Shown piece by piece: positions 1 to 9,076 of a stretch of 20,689 nucleotides of DNA (the first letter of the stretch is position 1; each line of letters starts with the position of its first letter). Location of the stretch: contig NW_021823955.1 of assembly GCF_006345805.1 (NCBI RefSeq), positions 1 through 20,689 on the forward strand. Direction: 5' to 3'. The notes under the pieces are model-generated. The model was given only the letters and a program-made list of their open reading frames with translations, had not been told where the DNA came from and ran no database searches. Made by a program: the position numbers and the translations under genes. The stretch comes from Octopus sinensis (Eukaryota).

Positions 1-103
1 AGGCTTACAAAGAATAAGTCCTAGGGGGCGATTTGCTTGAGTAAAGGCGGTGCTCCAGCATGGCCGCAATCAAATGACTGAAACAGGTAAAAGAGTAAAA
101 GAG
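1..103 (+). mobile_element. 3' end of tRNA-derived SINE (family A in this report), cut by window edge
   Basis: GGCTTACAAAGAATAAGTCC...AAAGGCGGTGCTCCAGCATGGCCGC...ATGACTGAAAC...AAAAGAGTA matches the 3' ends of the copies at 9741-10149, 12040-12419 and 18972-19613. Confidence 0.9.
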
Positions 104-252
104 TCTGCTGGAGATGTGAGTTTGAACCTTGTGGGCAATCTTCAACTTTTTTTCTCCAAAAGAGGTTTTTTTAAACCAATATTTACATCTACATGCTATT
201 AATTTTAGATTTATGTGGGCCTCGAGAACTGGTATTCCAAAACAGAATATAT

Positions 253-535
253 ATCATCATCATCACCATCATTGTTTAACGTCCACTTTCCATGCTGGTA
301 TGGGTTGGACGGTTTGACTGAGAAATGCAAGCCAGGAGTCTACACCAGGATCTAATCTGATTTGGCAAGGTTTCTACAGCTGGATGCCCTTCATAATGCC
401 AACCACTCCCAAAGTGTAGTGGGTGATTTTTACATGCCACTGGCATGGGAGCCAGTCAGGTGGCCCTAGCATTGGCCACTCTCGAATGGTGCTTTTTACA
501 TGGCACTGGCATTGGCCATGCTTGAATGGTGCTTA
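253..535 (-). mobile_element. (ATG)n-tailed retroposon (family R), 3' fragment
   Basis: (CAT)n then TTTAACGTCCACTTTCCATGC...TTTCTACAGCTGGATGCCCTT; reverse complement of the copy at 2648-3240. Confidence 0.85.
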
Positions 536-537
536 TA

Positions 538-1028
538 TCATCATCATCATCATTTAAAGTCCACTTTCCATGCTAGCATGGGTTGGACGATTTGACTGAG
601 GACTGGTGAACCAGATGGCTGCACCAGGCTTCAATTTTGATCTGGCAGAGTTTCTACAGCTGGATGCCCTTCCTAACGCCAACCACTCTGTGAGTATAGT
701 GGGTGCTTTTACGTGCCACCGGCACAAGGGCCAGTCAAGTGGTACTGTCAACAGCCATGCTCAGATGGTGTTTTTTTATGTGCCACCTGCACAGGAGCCA
801 GTCCAGCGAGACTGGCAATGACCTTACTCGAATGTTTTTTCACGTGCCAGTAAGGTAACGCTGGTAACAATCATGCTCGAATGGTGCTTTTTATGTGCCA
901 CTGGCATGGAAGCCAGTCAGCTGCTCTGGCAACGATCATGCTTAGATGGTGCTCTTAGCGCTCCACTAGCACAGATGCCAGTCATCGAATTTGATTTCGA
1001 TTTTACTTGCCTCAACAGGTCTTCGCAA
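538..1028 (-). mobile_element. (ATG)n-tailed retroposon (family R), longer copy directly adjacent to the previous one
   Basis: Same (CAT)n-TTTAAAGTCCACTTTCCATGCTAGCATGGGTTGGACG start, CTACAGCTGGATGCCCTTCCTAACGCCAACCAC core and repeated GGTGCTTTTACGTGCCAC motifs. Confidence 0.85.
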
Positions 1029-1157
1029 TATATATATATAATTTTGGTTTGTTTAACTTTATGTCTGCTGTAAACATTTACTGGCAGTTAATTATGAGAT
1101 ATTGTTGGATTTTCCTCTTCTTTATTTCGTTTGACCATCTGTTGTATCTTTTTCCAG

Positions 1158-1271
1158 CAAAAATGCCCAAGAACTACGATGCCAGTGTTACCCCTGACCC
1201 TGAGCGGTGGCTGCCTCGTAGAGAACGTTCCTATTACCGTGGGAAACGTAAAGACAAAAATAAAAACATCA
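1158..1271 (+). CDS. SRP72: SRP72 (signal recognition particle 72 kDa subunit), third-last coding exon, SRP RNA-binding region
   Basis: Acceptor tatctttttccag|, donor |gtaaga. Encodes KMPKNYDASVTPDPERWLPRRERSYYRGKRKDKNKNI, matching the recalled SRP72 signature PKNYD-x3-PDPERWLP-x-RERSYYRG. Phase 1 at both ends. Confidence 0.96.
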
Positions 1272-1371
1272 GTAAGAATTACCTTTTTGATTGACTTTTT
1301 GAAAAATTTTCCTCTTGAAGTTTTTGCTTTTTGTTTTGTTTTATTATTTTTTTTGAGCTTTTCTTTAACAG

Positions 1372-1752
1372 TTATCATCATCATCATCATCTCCACCATC
1401 CTCCTCCTCATTGTCATCAACATCACCATTATCATCATCATCACCACTACCACAATCTCTGCTATTATCATCACTATCATCATGATCATTATCTTCACCA
1501 CCATCCTCCTCTTCATCATCATCATCATCACCACTGTCATCATAACAATCATCTTCCTCCTTCTCCTCTTTATCATGATCATCATCACCACCACCATCAC
1601 TGCTATTATTATAACCATTGCTGTCCCTGCCATCTTCATTATCTTCACAACCATCACTATTTTCATTGTCTATCTTATTACCATTATCTTCCCCACCACC
1701 ACCATCATCATCTTCTTCATCAGTATCATCATCACAATCATCAGACTACATT
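1372..1752. repeat. Degenerate (CAT/CAC/CCT/TAT)n trinucleotide tract in SRP72 intron
   Basis: Direct reading; it explains the poly-His, poly-Ile and poly-Met ORFs in three frames. Confidence 0.9.
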
Positions 1753-1994
1753 AGTCTATCTCAAGCTACAGTGTCTCCAAAACACTAGAGCATGATTTTG
1801 GATAAGTTTAACTGCTATTTCTAGCGTCTCATGTGACTTCATAGAGACTCTCTTCTTGTCCATGTTTATTGCATGAGTGTGTGGGATAAGTCCATCTGTT
1901 CAAGGATTCTAATGTTGCTGCCTCTACTTTCACTTTCCAAAACATCAACGCCACTTTGTCGATGTCTTTCATTGTTATTTTCTTTGCGTTTCAG

Positions 1995-2034
1995 GTAAAG
2001 GCACACAGGGAGCCACAAGCCCCGCCGGTGACAT
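1995..2034 (+). CDS. SRP72: SRP72 penultimate coding exon (40 nt)
   Basis: Acceptor tctttgcgtttcag|, donor |gtaagt. Encodes (S)KGTQGATSPAGD(I), containing the conserved KGTQG motif; phase 1 in and phase 2 out fit both neighbouring exons. Confidence 0.93.
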
Positions 2035-2068
2035 GTAAGTCATTGTTTTATTATTTTTTTAAAACTTA

Positions 2069-2280
2069 TACACTCTTTCATTTGTTTCACTCGTTAGACT
2101 GTGGCCATGCTGGGGCACCGCCTTAAATCTTTAGTCGAATATATCGACCCCCAAGACTTATTTTTTAAAGCTTGGTCCTTATTCTGTTAGTCTTTTAAGC
2201 TGAGCTGCTAAATCACAGGGATGTAAACACACAATCACCTGTTGTCAAATGGGGACACAGGGGACAAACAAAGACATAGA
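2069..2280 (-). mobile_element. SINE family A, 3' module (diverged), followed by (TA)n at 2281-2316
   Basis: GACTGTGGCCATGCTGGGGCACCGCCTT...GGGACAAACA is the reverse complement of the family A 3' module. Confidence 0.85.
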
Positions 2281-2286
2281 TACATA

Positions 2287-2316
<30 letters not shown>

Positions 2317-2317
<1 letters not shown>

Positions 2318-2619
2318 CACCGTGACCGGCCTGGCTATCAGATGTTGCTACACATCGCTGGTCACAATGCACTTCACATTGTTTTAAGCTTCAAATGACG
2401 CCACCCTGCTGACTAAGCGAACAGGCCAACAGAAGAAAGAGTGAGAGAAAGTAGTGGCGAAAGAGTATAGTAGGGATCGCCACCACCCCCTGCCGGAGCC
2501 TCGTGGAGCTTTAGGTGTTTTAGCTCAGTAAACACTAACAACACCTGGTCTGGGAATTGAAACCACGATCCTACAACTGTGAGTCCGCTGTCCTAACTAC
2601 TGGGCCATTGCGCCTCCAC
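2317..2619 (-). mobile_element. tRNA-derived SINE (family C), apparently full length
   Basis: Minus-strand head GTGGAGGCGCAATGGCCCAGTAGTTAGG (A-box-like) ...GGTTTCAATTCCC (B-box-like); ends at a (TA)n tract. Confidence 0.75.
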
Positions 2620-2647
2620 ATATTTATATATATATGTATATATATAC

Positions 2648-3240
2648 TGTACAAGACCTTTGACATTATGTTGTGCTTGAGAAGACCCATCAAGCCGAGT
2701 GAAATCATTTGTGACAGATACTGGCGTCATGCAAATTGGCACCTGTGCTGGTGGCACTTAAATGCACCCTGGCATCATGCAAATGACACATGTGCCGGTG
2801 GCATGTAAAAGCACCCATTATGACCTGCTGTGCTTACCTTGGATCGTAGGGCGACTTGCTGTACTTGAGGAGACCTATTGAGTCAAGTACATCAACATCA
2901 AATGGAAATTGTAGTTGTGATACCTGTGCCAGTGGCACGTAAAGAGCACCAGCTAAACGTGGACGCTGCCAGCGCCGCCATTGACTGGCTTCCATGCCGG
3001 TGGCATATAAAAAGCACCATCCGATTGTGGCCGTTGCCAGCCACCTCTGGCCCCTGTACCAGTGGCATGTATAATGCACCCACTACACTCACGGAGTGGT
3101 TGGTGTTAGAAAGGGCATCCAGCTGTAGAAACACTGCCAGATCAGACTGGAGCCTGGTGCAGCCTCCTGGCTTCCCAGACCCCGATCGAACCGTCTAACC
3201 CATGCTAGCGTGGAAAATGGACATTAAATGATGATGATGA
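2648..3240 (+). mobile_element. (ATG)n-tailed retroposon (family R), long copy with five internal subrepeats
   Basis: Ends ...AACCCATGCTAGCGTGGAAAATGGACATTAAATGATGATGATGA; core GGAGTGGTTGGTGTTAGAAAGGGCATCCAGCTGTAGAAAC; inverted relative to 253-1028. Confidence 0.88.
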
Positions 3241-3410
3241 CTTAGTTTTTCAAGCCTGCTACAGGGATGTAAACAAACTGACACCAGCTGTCAAGAAGAG
3301 TTGGGGTAAACACAAACTCAATAAAGTGCCACTCAAGTACTGGATGATGATGTAACTGACTTGCCCCTCCTCTCAAAATTTATTTGGCCTTATGTCTTAA
3401 ATTAGAAACA
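3241..3410. mobile_element. Decayed SINE fragments: family A piece (-, about 3241-3318) and family B-type tail (+, about 3320-3410)
   Basis: ACAGGGATGTAAACA...GTCAAG resembles 2215-2250; AAGTACTGG...ACTTGCCCCTCC...GGCCTTATG...GAAAC resembles 19870-19949. Confidence 0.55.
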
Positions 3411-3510
3411 GTTATTTGTTATTTTATATATATATTTTTTTAATTATTTCTTGTTATTTAAATTAAAATTTTTCAACAAAAACTTTTCTGCTTACTCTCC
3501 ACTGTTTCAG

Positions 3511-3673
3511 CGATGCGAGCAAGCAAACATCAGGGAGTGAGGCAAGCTCACCGCGGCCCGCAGCTAATGTGACCAAGCCATCACCTCAGCCGGCCAACCG
3601 GCATCAACAGCAACAACATTCGTCCAGCGGACGCAGCGGCAACAATAAGAAGAAGAAGAAAGGGAAACGATAA
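3511..3673 (+). CDS. SRP72: SRP72 terminal coding exon
   Basis: Acceptor ctccactgtttcag|. Encodes (I)DASKQTSGSEASSPRPAANVTKPSPQPANRHQQQQHSSSGRSGNNKKKKKGKR, stop TAA 3671-3673; DASK, SPRP and the terminal Lys run match the recalled vertebrate SRP72 C-terminus. Confidence 0.92.
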
Positions 3674-3689
3674 ACGCGAGACACTCTTC

Positions 3690-4224
3690 TCCCACCTCCC
3701 ACCCTCCACCTCTTTGCCACTTCTCTCCTTCTCCTCCCTCCCGTCCCTCCCATCTCTCTCTTTCTCTCTCTCTCTCTATGTCTCTCCTCTGTCTGTCTGT
3801 CTCTCTCTCTCCTTGTCTTTTTATGTTTTAACAAAAAAAATGCAATCCAAACGTTTGGCTCATTTCTTCCATCTTTTCTGTGTGGATAAACGCACACACA
3901 CACACACATACGCACATACACACACATACACACATACATATACACACACACACACATACATACATAATCATACCTATCTATCTACACACATACACACGTA
4001 TACTCATGCACATATACGCATATATACACACCATACATATAGACACTTGTACATTCACACACATACACATATGTTACATATGCATACACATGCTACATAT
4101 GCATATACACACACACGCACACATACATAATCATACATATCTACACACATACACACATATACGCATATATACACCATACACATAGACACTTGTACATTCA
4201 CATGCATACACACATGCTACATAT

Positions 4225-4260
<36 letters not shown>

Positions 4261-4720
4261 GCATACTGTTGGACTCATAAACACACATACTCATACACTC
4301 GCTTGTATGCAAACACTCACCTTCCCCCTACACACGTGTGCAAGCATGCAATGGCATGCATATGCTAGTGTGCAGTCATGCATACGTAAAAAAAAGACAT
4401 ACCTATAGTCACATGCAATCTTCCATTCGCACTAGCATGGATTCACACACACACACACACAACACACGTCAAGAGATGTACATACACTGGTATACACTAA
4501 CACATGCACACACACATACACACACTTATTCCCACAAACACAGGTTAATAAAAATCACCTTGATTTCTTGTATTACAGACATATTAGTAACATACAGTAC
4601 CATGTGAACATACATACATGCATATACGTATGCATAAATACATATGTACATATACATTCACACACAGACACACACACAGACACACACACACACAGACACA
4701 CACACACACACACTCTGGAT
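3690..4720. repeat. (CT)n then (CA)n/(CATA)n microsatellite-rich tract, probably SRP72 3' UTR and downstream DNA
   Basis: Direct reading; source of the HTHT/MCVCV ORFs. Confidence 0.9.
4547..4552 (+). promoter_or_regulatory. Candidate polyadenylation signal for SRP72
   Basis: First clear AATAAA I find downstream of the stop codon; would imply a ~0.9-kb 3' UTR. No transcript evidence. Confidence 0.4.
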
Positions 4721-5032
4721 TGGTGGAACCTTTAGTGCGTCAAACAAAATGTTTACATTCTGAGTAAAAATCCTGGTCAGCTTAACCTTGCCTTTTGTCC
4801 TTCCTCGGTCAAATTATATTCTTGCAAAGCATCTAAGAGATGCGATTGGAATCATATTAATAGAACACTAACACACACACACACACACACACACACAAAT
4901 ATTTACACAAATGCGCAGGGTGTTTTCATACTTACATGCATATACGTATGCATAAATACATATGTACATATACATTCACACACAGATACACACACACACA
5001 CTCTGGATTGGTGGAACCTTTAGTTCGTCAAA
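4609..5032 (+). repeat. Local direct duplication (4609-4744 and 4927-5032)
   Basis: Both copies read TACATGCATATACGTATGCATAAATACATATGTACATATACATTCAC-(CA)n-CTCTGGATTGGTGGAACCTTTAGT(G/T)CGTCAAA. Confidence 0.92.
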
Positions 5033-5039
5033 TTGATGA

Positions 5040-5198
5040 GGGGGAGCTACCTTGCTTAAGCCTACCCTCTGTCACTCAGAATATTTAGGTCAATCCAAGA
5101 TTTTAGAAGTCCCTTGATCAAGGTACAGTGTTGCAGGATTGAACCTGGTACCTGGTGATTGTGCAGTGAATTGCTTAACCACTGGGCCGTGCTGCATC
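5040..5198 (-). mobile_element. Decayed tRNA-derived SINE head
   Basis: Minus strand GGCCCAGTGGTTAAG (A-box-like) ... GGTTCAATCC (B-box-like) ... ACCTTGATCAAGG. Confidence 0.55.
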
Positions 5199-5363
5199 CA
5201 ACTCACAAGTACGCACACACATGCATTTACATACACGCCTGTACGTATACATATGCATAATTACATTCATGTACAGACATAGATAAAAATATATATACAT
5301 ATACATACATAAGCATATATACAAACATGCACACATATATACATATGCATATATGTACACACA

Positions 5364-6656
5364 TGAGGGGTGTTCCTTAAAGATTCCCCCTAACTCACTT
5401 TCCAAGAACTGGGATATACAAAATTTGGCATAATTATGAGCCCTTCTTTACGTAAGCCACCACTAATGGTGATACACCACTGCAACCATCGCTTTATGCA
5501 GCTGTGAAAACCTCGTCTGTAGAAGTTGGTAGGTTGCGTCTGGGGCCAAGACTTACCTCGGAAATAAGTTCATCATCATCTGAAAAGTGCTTCCCCTTCG
5601 AAAACGACTTCATCGTTGGAAAGGGGTGGAAGTCAGATGGTGCAAGGCTGGGAGTGTAAGGGGTATGATGAAGGATTTCATAGCTGCAGGAGTGTGCTTT
5701 CATCTCAGCAACATGCGCATTGTGAACTGGGGCGTTGTCTTGGAAGAGGCGGACTCCTTAGGTCAGCATGCCATGCTTCTCTGCTTTGATATCGTCCTGC
5801 AACTCCAGCAGCAGAGAAGCATAATATGCCCCATTAATTGTGGTGTCCTTTGTCAGAAAATCCGTCATCATTAATACTTGCTGGTCCCAAAATACTGTGA
5901 GCATCACCTTGTCTGCTGAGGGTTGGACATGAGCCTTCTTTGGAGGTGGTGAGTTATCATGCTTCCATTTCTTTGACTGGACTTTAGTCTCAGGATCATA
6001 GTGATGGACCCATGTTTCATCCTGTGCGATAAGTCTGCCAAAAAAAGTCCTCTTCGTTTTCTTGGCACATTGCCAAAAGAGCCTGCGAGCAATTGATTCA
6101 TTCCTGCTTCTGAAAAGGTGTGAACATCCGGGGAACCCATTGTGCAGACAACTTCCACATGTGAAAATGATTGTGAATGATTTTTTCCATGGACCCCACA
6201 CTTTACTTCTTCGATTGGTCGCTGAATACTTAATCGGTGATCCTCCAAAATGGCAGCTTCCACTTTATGAATGGTGTCGTCATCAATGGTGGAACGTAGT
6301 CGTCCAGGAATAGGAGCAGTTTCCACCGATGTTTGACCACATTTGAACTGGCGATGCCAGTGCTTGACTATGTTGTATGAATGTGCATTGTCACCATAAG
6401 CTTCTTTCATCTCCTCAAAAGTCTCTTTTGGTGTTTGACCTTTCAAGTGTAAGAACCTGACCACTGAACTACATTCAACTACCTCCATTATAACACCTTA
6501 GTCCACATCAGTGGCCATAAAAAACAAACGAATACTAGAGAAAAACTACAATTCACAATGCCACATGTAGAGACGTGTGAAATTATAACCCTACATGTTC
6601 TGCTTCCTGCAATGACTGGAAGTGGGTCAGGGGAAATCTTTAAGGAACACCCCTCG
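5364..6656 (-). mobile_element. Full-length degenerate mariner transposon (DD34D, probably irritans subfamily), 1293 bp
   Basis: TIRs of about 38 bp: (T/C)GAGGGGTGTTCCTTAAAGATT(C/T)CCCCT(A/G)AC(T/C)CACTT at both ends; TA at the right flank (6657-6658), CA at the left; transposase remnant inside. Confidence 0.95.
5434..6488 (-). pseudogene. Mariner transposase pseudogene
   Basis: MEVVECSSVVRFLHLKG..., WVPRM, QDETW, QDNAP, YTPSLAPSDF (YSPDLAPSD-like); 34 residues between the 2nd and 3rd Asp. In-frame TGA after FQKQE and several frameshifts. Confidence 0.93.
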
Positions 6657-6985
6657 TATAGACACATAACACGCATGCATATGCACATAGATACATATAC
6701 AAATAAGTACACGTATACACACACCTGTCTCTATACATATATTTACACTCACATGTATGAATGAATATTCCCATCATGTGTGAATATACATACACTCCCC
6801 TGTTCACACATACACATATATACATTCACACACACACACACACAATGTAAACACCATCACTGAATGCATTTATGTATGGCCATTTGTTGCTGACCTGCGA
6901 ATAAAAATGGAAGTTGATCATATTTTTGCTTTTTTGTATCTTCTTAAACAATCACATGGAAAGTAACCTGGATGGCTAAGTCAGT

Positions 6986-7016
<31 letters not shown>

Positions 7017-7635
7017 CATCATTATAATATTACAAAGTAAGATAGGGGTTATGGGTGTAACCCACTATGGGATATCATTTATCCCATATACTGTTGGTAC
7101 AGTACCCAAATTCTTAATACATAAATGTTTTTAATTGCAATGCAATTAAGTCATTTATTGTATTAAACGGGTCAAGGTAAAAAAAAATATTTTTACCGTA
7201 AATTTATAATACAAATAAGAAAATGGAGAAACAAATTTGGTTTGCTCATCAACTTTCAGATATTATAATGTTGGATTATTTATTCACTTTACAAATTAGG
7301 ACATCAGAAGCATACAGAAATATTATATAAATCAATAGATAATACAAATAAACATGTATGTGCTAGCAAATGCACCTGTCCTGTTTAAGTTACTTTGGTG
7401 GCATGTTTTTCACCAAATAATTAAACTTACCAAGAAGGTTTATGAGTAGCTCAGCAATCTATATTTCCGATTAACCTAGGAACGGAAAATGAAACTGAAG
7501 GCTGGTTATTGTGGAGGTCGCTGCACTTTAATGATCATAAAACATATCAGTTTGCAAGTGATGCAAAATAGAGCTCCTGAAGTGTTTTTGGAGTAGATTA
7601 CGGATAATGACTTACAAAATATAGTTGTTTTACAT

Positions 7636-8295
7636 CAGTGGTTCTCAAAGTGGGCAGTATTGCTCCCCTGGGGGTGGCGGAAACTTTCAAGGGGGTGTTG
7701 AAGAAAAGTGGGGTGATGGGGTAGCGATTCATGTGAATATTGGGCGACAATGGGGTGGCCATTGCTGCATAAAAACAAAATAATAGCTTTGTTACTCTTT
7801 TACTTACACAGTAATTTGACTGTGGTCATGCTGGAGCACCACCTTTAGTCGAGAAAATTGACCTCAGGACTTATACTTTGTAAGACTAGTACTTATTCTA
7901 TCGGTCTCTTTTGCCAAACCGCTAAGTTACGGGGACGTAAACTCACCAGCATCATTTTTCAAGTTATGTTGGGGGACAAACATATACACACACACATATA
8001 TATGGCAGGCTTCTTTCAGTTTCCGTCTACTAAATCCATTCACAAGGCTTTGATTGTCCCTAGGCTATAGTAGAAGACACTTGCCTAAGGTGCCATGCAG
8101 TGGGACTGAACCCGGAACCATGTGGTTGGTAAGCAAGCTACTTACCACACAGCCACTCCTACGCCTGAAATACAGTTGCTTTGAATTTGCTTCAGAAAGG
8201 GGTCTATTTTTGTGATGGTTAGTTGGGGTGGGATCACTTGGAATGTAGCCTGGGTGTCGAGGGAGCAGTAGCCCCTAAATGTTTGGGAACCACTG
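7636..8295. mobile_element. Non-autonomous hAT element (Charlie-like MITE) with a nested SINE
   Basis: TIR CAGTGGTTCTCAAA / CAGTGGTTCCCAAA (13/14); perfect 8-bp TSD TTTTACAT at 7628-7635 and 8296-8303. Confidence 0.92.
7793..8166 (-). mobile_element. SINE family A, full length, inserted in the hAT MITE
   Basis: Reverse complement of 9741-10149, including the tRNA-like head (GAGTGGCTGTGTGGT / GGTTCAGTCCC) and the ...AAAAGAGTA 3' end. Confidence 0.92.
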
Positions 8296-8937
8296 TTTTA
8301 CATGGAGGCGAAATTTCTTGTCAGAAACAGCCACATAAATGGTGTAATGAAATTGAAGGAAGACGTTGAAAATTCCCCCTCTGTGGGTTTATTTCATTCA
8401 ACAGCAAAGGGAGCTATTTTTTTTAGAGAGATAAGCTAACAAAAGCCCCTTTGTTCTGTCTTTCCACATAGCCTGCGCATAAACTAACAGCAAGTGTCAC
8501 ATAAAATGAAATTAGTATGGAGCTTTCTGAAAGATGCGTATAGCTTTCGCTAGTGGAAGCAAAACTCTTATTTAAAGGTTGATTCTTTGGGGCGAATCAT
8601 ATGTGATTGTTTCAAAAAGTCTAGAACGACAATGCTAAAACGTATTTGAAACACTGGACAACGGTCGAAATATCATAATGGATGGGTAAATAAGCATCCT
8701 TATAGTGAAACAACGGTATCAACAAATATGAGAACATCACCTTTCAGGTAACTCACAATAGGTAAAGGTAAGCTGGCCAAAGTTTAATGGAGTTTTATGG
8801 AGATTATGATTGGATATTCATCGTGTACAATGTTCCTAGTCAATTTAATAACCATGGCAGGTGGACAGTCGGAATAGACAAAATCCTTTCATTTATATAA
8901 AATGAGGAAAAAAATATGATTCTTTATTATAATTCTT

Positions 8938-9076
8938 TAGTACTTAATTTATCGACTCCGAAAGGATGAAAGGTAAAGTCGACCCCGGCGGAATTTGAAT
9001 TCGGAACGTAACGACAGACGAAATACGGCTACGCATTTCGCCCGGCGTGCTAACGTTTCTGCCAGCTCGCCGCCTT
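8938..9076 (-). mobile_element. SINE family B (5' part)
   Basis: Minus strand AGGCGGCGAGCTGGCAGAAACGTTAGCACGCCGGGCGAAATGCGTAGCCGTATTTCGTC...GTCGATAAATTAAGTAC; near-identical to 15230-15367. Confidence 0.9.

Noticed and set aside
554-1073. Short ORFs within family R copies (also 2834-3198)
   Set aside because: Not preserved between copies and no recognisable domain; non-coding repeat sequence.
1088-1795. His-rich 154-aa ORF and the overlapping Ile-rich and Met-rich ORFs
   Set aside because: All are readings of one degenerate (CAT)n tract inside an SRP72 intron; frames stay open because the repeat lacks stops.
2740-3085. CRISPR-like repeat-spacer array
   Set aside because: Eukaryotic context, no cas genes, degenerate repeats with irregular spacers, all inside a retroposon.
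3604-4607. HTHT/MCVCV ORFs (also at 16299-16809 and 17932-18450)
   Set aside because: Translations of (CA)n, (TG)n and (TATG)n microsatellites.
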